Source: an uncultured Pirellulaceae bacterium (GTDB taxonomy: Bacteria > Planctomycetota > Planctomycetia > Pirellulales > Pirellulaceae). From it: a stretch of DNA of 64,000 nt. The notes beneath the pieces are model-generated. The model saw only the letters and a list, made by a program, of their open reading frames with translations. It was not told where the DNA came from and did not search any database. The DNA is taken from assembly GCA_905480235.1 (NCBI GenBank), contig CAJQPP010000032.1, positions 4,127 through 68,126 on the forward strand, written 5' to 3'. Shown here piece after piece: positions 57,397 through 64,000 of the stretch; within the stretch, counting starts at the first letter, position 1; each line of letters begins with the position of its first letter. The position numbers and the translations under genes were made by a program.

Positions 57397-58395
57397 TTAT
57401 AACGCTTCGAAGGGCTTGAGTTCGAAGCCAATTCCGCATTGAGTGAGTACATCGCAAAGGCTCCTCAAGGCGATTCCCATGCCATCCGGTCCACTGTAGC
57501 CACCGAATTGTCCACCGCCTCGCAGGTGGGGTTCCAAATCGAGAAAGAAGCCGGGGATGTCGCGTGCCGCAAGCCGCTGCTTAATGGTCGGCAAATGGCG
57601 GGCGAGTTCCTGGAAGATTCCAGCATGCCCTGTGGAACCGCGGTCGCATGGCACGAAACGGTTTAAGGACTCTTCATCCACATACTCACCCGGTTGGGGG
57701 CGAGAGGTTTCGGCAGACAGATAATCTTTGACGTGCATCCATCCCAACCCCGGTAACATCTCGCAGAATTGATGGTGGATTTCCACCTCGCTAAATCCCT
57801 GCGTGACCAGGTTCGCGCCATCAAAGATCAATACCAGCGCGGGATGGTTGACTTGGCGATGAATCTCAGCCAACACGGATCCATGGTGGCCAATTAAATT
57901 GGCCTCCACCTCCAAGCCAAAGGTCAGTCCGTGATTACCACAGGCTTCGACGATTTGTGCTAGTTGATCAATGGCTGGGTTCAGCCAATCTTGATGGTTG
58001 CTATCTCTTGGGTGGTAAAATGAAAAGCCTCGAATCAAACGAGTCTGGAGCACCTCGGCAACCTCAATGGCCTGACGGACGTCTTCCGCCATGTATTGAT
58101 CGAAGGGGACGTAGCGGTTTTGGGTGCCGTCATCCACATCGGCGATTTTTACTTTACCAATGGGTGAACCGATGGATGCAATTTTTAAACCGTAGTGCTC
58201 CAGCTGTTTCCGAATGAGCTGCAATTCTTGGGGCGAGAATTCGAGCACGTTTTGAACGCCATGCCCCTTCCCAATATCCACAAAACGGATGGACAGGTAT
58301 TCCAGACCGAGTGCGGCCATGGCTGAGAATTGCTGGTCAGTTGTTTTTTCGGGGGCCGCTTCATCTGCAAACCCGGATAAAAGAATATCAGGCAT
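57397..58395 (-). CDS. sugar-phosphate isomerase/epimerase (xylose-isomerase-like TIM barrel) family protein
   Basis: It shows an alternating beta/alpha pattern with conserved acidic/His positions ([24 protein letters not shown]) typical of the AP_endonuc_2/TIM-barrel family. The ATG at 58395 overlaps the queF stop by 8 nt. Confidence 0.7.
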   Translation of the reverse strand: MPDILLSGFADEAAPEKTTDQQFSAMAALGLEYLSIRFVDIGKGHGVQNVLEFSPQELQLIRKQLEHYGLKIASIGSPIGKVKIADVDDGTQNRYVPFDQYMAEDVRQAIEVAEVLQTRLIRGFSFYHPRDSNHQDWLNPAIDQLAQIVEACGNHGLTFGLEVEANLIGHHGSVLAEIHRQVNHPALVLIFDGANLVTQGFSEVEIHHQFCEMLPGLGWMHVKDYLSAETSRPQPGEYVDEESLNRFVPCDRGSTGHAGIFQELARHLPTIKQRLAARDIPGFFLDLEPHLRGGGQFGGYSGPDGMGIALRSLCDVLTQCGIGFELKPFEAL

Positions 58396-58744
58396 CGGGA
58401 TAATGAATCGTAATGGTGGAACTGATACCGCCACGGGGAGTCCACTCAGCCGTCAGTGTGAGTGCGCGTGGTTTGACGACCGCGACAAAGTCATCCAAAA
58501 TGCGATTGGCAATGTTTTCGTAAAAAATGCCCTCATTGCGAAAGCTCTGGAGATACATTTTCAGGCTTTTCAATTCGACGCACTGTTGGTCGGCGATGTA
58601 CTCAAACGTCAGGCTGCCAAAGTCGGGTTGGCCGGTTTTGGGGCATAAGGAAGTAAATTCGGGACAGTCGATTTCGATGGAGTAGTCTCGATCGGGGAAA
58701 TCGTTTTCAAAGGTTTCCAGCTTTTCGCGAAAAGGCGTGCTCAT
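58388..58744 (-). CDS. queF: NADPH-dependent 7-cyano-7-deazaguanine (preQ0) reductase, unimodular type
   Basis: The catalytic Cys is in [14 protein letters not shown]. The QueF motif is E(L/S)[18 protein letters not shown]. The size is about 118 aa. Confidence 0.92.
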   Translation of the reverse strand: MSTPFREKLETFENDFPDRDYSIEIDCPEFTSLCPKTGQPDFGSLTFEYIADQQCVELKSLKMYLQSFRNEGIFYENIANRILDDFVAVVKPRALTLTAEWTPRGGISSTITIHYPDA

Positions 58745-58861
58745 TTATTTGAATCAGGGATTATCCTGCTCCTCGTTCCGTGTTAGTTATCGCAATCGAA
58801 AGGTCGTATTCTGGCATGCGTCGATCTCCGTTAAAGGGGGGAGACCGCTTGAAAATCTGTT

Positions 58862-59548
58862 TTGCTTATCAGTGAATTGTATAAATCGATCCAAGGTGAG
58901 GGGCGGTTAACCGGAACCGAGAGCATCTTTGTGCGCACCTCCGGGTGTAATTTGCGGTGCGGATTCTGTGATACACCCTTTACCAGTTGGCAACCGGAGG
59001 GTGCGGAGCAGTCGATTTCCGAAATCGTTCAAGCTTGCCAGCTCCAAGATTGCGAGCATGTGGTGCTGACCGGCGGAGAGCCCATGTTACAAAAAGAAGT
59101 CGCGGATTTGACCGTTTCATTGAAAGCAGCCGGATTTCACATCACCATCGAAACGGCCGGCACGATCGATAAACCGGTCGCCTGCGACTTGATGTCATTA
59201 AGTCCCAAGCTATCCAATTCGACCCCCTCCGCGGTTCGCGCGGGCGCCTGGCAAGCACGGCACGAAGCCCGTCGTCACCAGCCCCAAGTGATTCGCAATC
59301 TGATCGCCCGGTATCCCTATCAATTGAAATTCGTCGTTGACCAACCCCGTGACGGACAGGAGATTGTCGAGTATCTCGCGGAATTTCCAGAGGTCGAGGC
59401 AGAGCGAGTGCTGTTGATGCCGCAAGGAGTCGAGCAATCGGCTCTGCTTGAAAAAGAACCCTGGATTGCTGAATTCTGCCAACAACAGGGCTTTCAGATG
59501 TGCCGCCGTATGCACATCGTCTGGTTTGGAAACCAGCGGGGAACCTGA
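58862..59548 (+). CDS. queE: 7-carboxy-7-deazaguanine synthase (radical SAM)
   Basis: ELYKSIQGEGRLTGTESIFVRTSGCNLRCGFCDTPFTSW contains the CX14CX2C-type QueE cluster motif, followed by VLTGGEPMLQ. TTG is the only possible start after the in-frame TGA at 58850-58852. Confidence 0.88.
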   Translation: MLISELYKSIQGEGRLTGTESIFVRTSGCNLRCGFCDTPFTSWQPEGAEQSISEIVQACQLQDCEHVVLTGGEPMLQKEVADLTVSLKAAGFHITIETAGTIDKPVACDLMSLSPKLSNSTPSAVRAGAWQARHEARRHQPQVIRNLIARYPYQLKFVVDQPRDGQEIVEYLAEFPEVEAERVLLMPQGVEQSALLEKEPWIAEFCQQQGFQMCRRMHIVWFGNQRGT

Positions 59549-59588
59549 CGAGTTACCAGCGGCAGGTCTGGCGTCTGTCGCAGCCGTT

Positions 59589-59930
59589 TTACTTGGCGAG
59601 AACCTCGATCATGGCATTCACAGTGGTATCCAGTGACGTGGCGGTCATGCGAAAGTTGGTATGCGTGGAGATCTCAGGCTGGATCTCCAGAAACAAGTCC
59701 CGCGCTGATTTCAGGCGTTTGAGCTTTTTCCGAGCAACCTTCAGATAAGCCGTGTGGTCGTTTTCACTGGAGGGTCCTCCCAGCGCCAGCATGAAATCAT
59801 AAAGCTCTCGGTGGACCTCGGCTAACTCGTCATCTTCCTCGGCCTCTTCGCTGTGCTTGAGAAAGGTCCGAACCATCCACAAGTGGCTGACCAGTTGATC
59901 CATGCGAGCAACTTTTTCGGCGTCGTTCAT
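59589..59930 (-). CDS. hypothetical small helical protein (113 aa)
   Basis: The ATG at 59930 gives MNDAEKVARMDQLVSHLWMVRTFLKHSEEAEEDDE... It is predicted to be all-helical. It lies downstream of, and on the same strand as, the duplicated membrane protein gene. I recognised no family. Confidence 0.5.
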   Translation of the reverse strand: MNDAEKVARMDQLVSHLWMVRTFLKHSEEAEEDDELAEVHRELYDFMLALGGPSSENDHTAYLKVARKKLKRLKSARDLFLEIQPEISTHTNFRMTATSLDTTVNAMIEVLAK

Positions 59931-60019
59931 GGTGGAGGCAGCTTTGCAATGCGAAAAATCAATCGACCGCGGTACATCCCAATGCCCCGATGAGCGAACG
60001 AATGACCACCGCAGGGGAC

Positions 60020-61174
60020 CTAGGACGTTTCTGACTGAGGCTTGGGTTTGCTGCGAGGTGCAGTGATGAGCACCGTAACGGCACCCGCGATGACCAAAAA
60101 CAGGCTGATGTAAAAAGGCCATTCCAATTGATTGTAAGTTTGGTCGGCGATGGTCGAGGTCAGCGTGTTGATGACCGGTGCTCCGCCAAAAACCAAAGGC
60201 ATGATGTAAATCGGCTTACCACCAAAATTAAACGCGTAAATGATACCCAGAGCACCAATGGCACCCGCCGCACCGGCGGCCAGGGACCAAGCGATACCGG
60301 TAAAGTTCCATTGGCCAGGATCGGGTGGTAGGTAGCCTTGTAGCATCAGTGGCAAGGCGACGGCGATCACGAAATATGCGAGGCCGACAAATAAGAATGG
60401 GCGTAACCGGCTGCCACCCATTTTTGCCTGGCCTTTGTGAAGTACGGGACCATAGCTGCCCCAACACAAAGCGGTCAATGCGATGGAACCGATCATCCAA
60501 AAGAAGTTTTTATCGCTCGCCGGCTCGGCTGACTTTAGTGTTTCAGCGACGGGGTCCGGGGCAGGCGTGTCGGAGGTCGCGGGGGATGTTTCGGTTGTGT
60601 CCGTCGCGGGCGTTTTTGTTTCCGTTTCCGATTGTTCCGATGAAGTGGCAGCGGTGGCTTGCTCCTCTTCCTGTTGAGTGGTCATCAACATCGCTGTCTT
60701 GGTGGGCGGTTTGGGTTTGAAAACCATCACTCCTGCGCCGCCGATCGCCACGATCAATACACCGAGATAGAACACCGTAGAGGCTTGGCGGATCGTTCGT
60801 GACATCAGCATCGTGACGACGGTGTTAATGACGGGAGCAAACCCGAATACGAGCGGCATGATATAGACGGGCGAACCACCAAAAATGAACGCCAGAATGA
60901 TACCCAAGGCACCAATGGCGCCGATGGTTCCGGCAAAGAAAGACCAGAAAATCCCTCCCGGAGACCAGTTCCCTTTGGTTTCCCGAGGAATCATGAATAT
61001 GGGATAGACCACGGCGATGATGAAATAAGCTACTCCCACGCAGATGAATGGGTTCCAACGGCTTAATCGCTGGCCATCGCCGAGCGCTTCTTGCCCCACA
61101 TGTAGGACGGGCCCGTAGATGCCCCACATCAGAATCGTCAAGGCAACAAAAAATAGAAAACTGAATCCGCGCAT
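60020..61174 (-). CDS. integral membrane protein with internal 5-TM + 5-TM duplication (DMT-like topology) and a Thr/Glu/Pro-rich central linker
   Basis: The halves align by eye. WGIYGPVLHVGQ.../WGSYGPVLHKGQ...; FICVGVAYFIIAV/FLFVGLAYFVIAV; AGTIGAIGALGIILAFIFGGSPVYIMPLVFGFAPVINT/AGAAGAIGALGIIYAFNFGGKPIYIMPLVFGGAPVINT. Confidence 0.7.
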   Translation of the reverse strand: MRGFSFLFFVALTILMWGIYGPVLHVGQEALGDGQRLSRWNPFICVGVAYFIIAVVYPIFMIPRETKGNWSPGGIFWSFFAGTIGAIGALGIILAFIFGGSPVYIMPLVFGFAPVINTVVTMLMSRTIRQASTVFYLGVLIVAIGGAGVMVFKPKPPTKTAMLMTTQQEEEQATAATSSEQSETETKTPATDTTETSPATSDTPAPDPVAETLKSAEPASDKNFFWMIGSIALTALCWGSYGPVLHKGQAKMGGSRLRPFLFVGLAYFVIAVALPLMLQGYLPPDPGQWNFTGIAWSLAAGAAGAIGALGIIYAFNFGGKPIYIMPLVFGGAPVINTLTSTIADQTYNQLEWPFYISLFLVIAGAVTVLITAPRSKPKPQSETS

Positions 61175-61287
61175 GGCATTGGAGCTGGAAATAAATGGTG
61201 AGGAAGTTTCACGGATTAGTTTAGTCAATCCGGAGGTTTGTCACCACGGCGCTTCCGCTCTTGCTGCGGTTGCCATGAATGTGAGAA

Positions 61288-63330
61288 TTAAGGCACAATT
61301 TCAACCTCGAGAGGCTGGCTGGCTATGCGTTGGCCGCCGTCCATGACGACAGCTTGCAGGCGGGACGGGCCCTGTCCAAGTTCGGAGCAATCCAAAGTCA
61401 GGCTTCCTTCTTGTCCAGTAATGGAGCCCAAAACACGTGAGTTCTGGTAGATGTCAATCTGGTCACCGACGTTGGTTTCTGCTTCCAATGTGATGGTGCG
61501 ATTCAATTGATATTGGCCATTTCCGGGAGCCTTGAGATTTACATATTTCCCATTGGCGTTGACCTCAAATCCAATCGTCTTGGAAGCTTTGGTGCGGATC
61601 ATGGTCTTGTCTAAAGCCGCAATACGAATTTCGTGGTAGCCGTCGGTGAGTGAATTCAGGCGTAAGTTAATCTTTTCACCAGGTGGGATGTCCCGATTCC
61701 CTTTAATGCCGTCGAGAAAGACTTCGAAATGACGAATTGCTGGCGAGTCTTTATCCGGCGTCATCTTAAGAGAAAAATCGGAGGTTAGCTGTTGCCCTTC
61801 TGTCAGGCCGGCAACAGAAAATTTTGGAAACTTGGCCCAGGGAGCACATAGCGGGTCGCCGACGATTAATAACTGGAACGGGGCCTGCACAGACTGATAA
61901 AACGACTCGGCCAAGGTGCATCCTTTGGCGTAATGGACATGCAGGTTGGCATCTGGAAATTTATTGGGAATGGAAAGGGGTTCGACAACGGTACCACTGG
62001 CGCCGGCCGCACCCTGGGCGAGAAAATCTGTCAATGGTGTTTGGGAAGCCTTGGCTGCCAGTATGCCCCCGAAACTGGTCAGGTTATCGGCCAACGCCCC
62101 TGGCTCAAATCGACTGCCGCTGGCCGACCAATCGAGTCTGGGGGAACCTAGCGTGACGCCCAAGACACGGTCCCGATTTTTGGGCATCACTTCGGGGGTC
62201 ATTTCGGCGCGAAACCCCATGCGGCGAAGCGTTTTTAGGGCTTGGGGAAATTGCGGCTGCCGCGTCGTCGAGCGTACATCGGAAGTGCGGGAAAAAAAGA
62301 AAGTTCCGTTGGGATTCCTGCCATCTGCCGCGCGGCTGCGTGCTAGATTTGCGATCACTTCCTCGCGTGTGTTACCGCGTCCTGCAGTCACTCCCAGGAC
62401 GGTGGACAAAACGAATTGTTTACCTTCGCTTCGGTCCCCATTATCCCACCCGTTGCGGCCCCAAAAGACGCTGCCTTGGAATCCTCGTGTCGGCAATATA
62501 CCGTACGTTAATTCCGGTGTGGCTTGCAGGATCGTTGTGAAACGCGGCAGGTTTTTCAACTCGCTAAAGGCGCTGTCGTTTTCCGTTAAACTGCGGTAAC
62601 ACCAGCCACTACGCACGCACAGTTCAAGCTCTTTTAAGGCTTCGGCCTGCTTGCCAGCTTTCGCCAGTGATCTGGCTAGATAGTAACGCACTGCCACCTG
62701 CCGCGGGTGATCCTTTAAAATGCCCGCGAAAGCGTCCGCGGCCGCTTCGTACTTTTTTGCCTTGTAATTTTCGATGGCGGCTTGGTACTGGGTTTGCAGT
62801 TTTCCCACAAAGGGCGCTTCGAGCATGTTGCGCACGATTCGACGGGCGTACCAATTGGCATCCATCGCTAAATATGAGGGACTGTTTGCCAAGAATTCCT
62901 GATAATGATAAGTCAGTGCATTAATCGAAGCTTTGGGTAACCAGATGCGGCTGTTGAAGTCCGGGATTTTTGCCTTCAGGGCTTCCACCTGCTCATTAAT
63001 CTGGACCGTTGTCGGGAAACCAGCGGAGTAGACGATATACTCGATCTGCCTCGCCAGTTTTCGCGCTTCGATTTGTTTCAGTATGGGTACGAGAATCTGC
63101 TCGCGGAATTGCTCTGCCGTGCAAGTCAGTGTCTCCGGGACATTGTCCAGATAAACAACGTTATTGGCAGGGATATCTCGGAGATGAACGTAGTGATTCG
63201 CAATAGCGACCGAATCCGGGGAGTTCGCATTGACAACCAACATGACGTTTTCGGGTCCGCCCGCCTGCGCGGTACGAGTCAACAAGGCAAGCAGGATGAA
63301 TGCAAACCAAATGGGGCTGGGTAACTTCAA
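61288..63330 (-). CDS. secreted hypothetical protein (TIGR03790-like N-terminus, central TPR-like helices, C-terminal Ig-like region)
   Basis: It has a signal peptide (MKLPSPIWFAFILLALLTRTAQA). The N-terminal segment NVMLVVNANSPDSVAIANHYVHLRDIPANNVVYLD matches my recollection of the TIGR03790 family. A TPR-like segment follows (YKAKKYEAAADAFAGILKDHPRQVAVRYYLARSLAKAGKQAEA). Confidence 0.6.
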   Translation of the reverse strand: MKLPSPIWFAFILLALLTRTAQAGGPENVMLVVNANSPDSVAIANHYVHLRDIPANNVVYLDNVPETLTCTAEQFREQILVPILKQIEARKLARQIEYIVYSAGFPTTVQINEQVEALKAKIPDFNSRIWLPKASINALTYHYQEFLANSPSYLAMDANWYARRIVRNMLEAPFVGKLQTQYQAAIENYKAKKYEAAADAFAGILKDHPRQVAVRYYLARSLAKAGKQAEALKELELCVRSGWCYRSLTENDSAFSELKNLPRFTTILQATPELTYGILPTRGFQGSVFWGRNGWDNGDRSEGKQFVLSTVLGVTAGRGNTREEVIANLARSRAADGRNPNGTFFFSRTSDVRSTTRQPQFPQALKTLRRMGFRAEMTPEVMPKNRDRVLGVTLGSPRLDWSASGSRFEPGALADNLTSFGGILAAKASQTPLTDFLAQGAAGASGTVVEPLSIPNKFPDANLHVHYAKGCTLAESFYQSVQAPFQLLIVGDPLCAPWAKFPKFSVAGLTEGQQLTSDFSLKMTPDKDSPAIRHFEVFLDGIKGNRDIPPGEKINLRLNSLTDGYHEIRIAALDKTMIRTKASKTIGFEVNANGKYVNLKAPGNGQYQLNRTITLEAETNVGDQIDIYQNSRVLGSITGQEGSLTLDCSELGQGPSRLQAVVMDGGQRIASQPLEVEIVP

Positions 63331-63535
63331 GGAAACGACCTTTCAGGAAAATTGCAGTTGCCCGTCGCTCAAGTGATGGTCGGGAGCAAACGCCAAACAG
63401 CTTAGTGATGTTAATCGATTGGGTTGTCGCGTCGAGCAGCAATCGATTGTATCGAGCTGAGCGGCAAAAAGTAATCTTGCTTGACGCAGAGGGAAACTGG
63501 TTCCAAGCACGGTCCAGTGCGGAGCCTTCTCCGGT

Positions 63536-64000
63536 TTACCCAGTCTCCGGGGGAGCTGGTGGGAGAAGCCGGTTGCTCGTTTTAGGTGCGGAATTTTCTG
63601 CGGTGTCGCTCACTCGATCTTGCACTTGGATGATGCGATTTTCTACGTAATCAGGCCAGCCGGCCAGACTTATAACCACGTTCAGCGACCAGCAAATGCG
63701 ATTGCCGGGTAAATCGATCGACCAGGCTTCGGTAACAGGAAGCACCATTTCTGATGGGAACTCCAAAACCTCACCCCGCTTGGTAACCGGATTTTTAGCA
63801 AGTTTTAGAGACTGTTGGTGCAGCAGGTGCGAGTGCTCATTGTAGGGGTGTGTGGAAGAGGCCGTCTCTATGCCGCTCAGTTGCAGCCCAATTTCTTTGA
63901 TGCGCACGCTCCCAAGAGGACCAATTTTCAGGTGGGAGCGAAGACTCTCTCGTGGGTGACCGTTGCTAGGGGTGATCCATTTTATCTCCCCCAAACGTCT
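63536..64000 (-). CDS. hypothetical protein (5' end probably outside window)
   Basis: The frame is open to the window edge, and the listed start is only a TTG at 63994. It looks like a beta-rich sequence with no recognised motif. Confidence 0.4.
   Translation of the reverse strand, partial: RRLGEIKWITPSNGHPRESLRSHLKIGPLGSVRIKEIGLQLSGIETASSTHPYNEHSHLLHQQSLKLAKNPVTKRGEVLEFPSEMVLPVTEAWSIDLPGNRICWSLNVVISLAGWPDYVENRIIQVQDRVSDTAENSAPKTSNRLLPPAPPETG

Noticed and set aside
58823-58846. Hairpin GATCTCC-gttaaagggg-GGAGACC just upstream of the queE TTG start, considered as a preQ1 riboswitch.
   Set aside because: The loop and the 3' tail do not match the preQ1-I consensus: there is no conserved CCC...AAAAAACUA arrangement. 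It is more likely a generic structure in the divergent queF/queE promoter region.
1-64000. Scan for tRNA/rRNA genes, CRISPR repeat-spacer arrays, IS elements, integrases, phage genes and toxin-antitoxin pairs.
   Set aside because: I saw no T-loop/acceptor combinations in intergenic regions, no regularly spaced direct repeats longer than the 9-nt triplet at 46415, and no transposase- or recombinase-like ORFs. The window looks like core chromosome rather than a mobile island. This is a by-eye scan and could miss degenerate elements.

Overview
This is a 64-kb chromosomal segment. Its gene content suggests Planctomycetota (Pirellulales-like), but that assignment is inference only. The supporting features are a DUF1559 pseudopilin-like protein with a prepilin N-terminus and an H-X9-DG motif, a PEP-CTERM protein, DUF11 repeats, very large secreted proteins, Cys/Gly-rich outer-membrane barrel candidates and weak Shine-Dalgarno usage. 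About 50 protein genes lie on both strands. Many are housekeeping genes: infC (partial), pyrE, malQ, udk, lpxK, dnaE, speA, purF, trmB, queF and queE, plus DksA-like, HtrA-like, nucleoside hydrolase, S9 peptidase and MsbA-like ABC exporter genes. These are interspersed with lineage-specific envelope or secreted proteins. I recognised no rRNA, tRNA, CRISPR array, transposase or integrase. The strongest non-coding feature is a cobalamin (B12) riboswitch at about nt 755-975. It sits directly upstream of a two-gene operon encoding a DUF1559 pseudopilin-like protein and a PEP-CTERM-anchored DUF4465-like protein. I propose this as a candidate, so far undescribed, surface B12-capture module. Other loci worth a second look: a fasciclin / ECF sigma / RskA-like anti-sigma operon; an Hpt / REC-PP2C / STAS::Sel1 partner-switching cluster with no kinase; a molybdopterin-oxidoreductase::pentapeptide-repeat fusion beside a Tyr/Arg-rich mini secreted protein; a 33-aa basic ORF resembling ribosomal protein bL37; a queF gene overlapping a TIM-barrel isomerase gene; and a three-gene operon of unknown function containing an internally duplicated 5+5 TM membrane protein. 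All family assignments come from motif recognition by eye. No searches were run.
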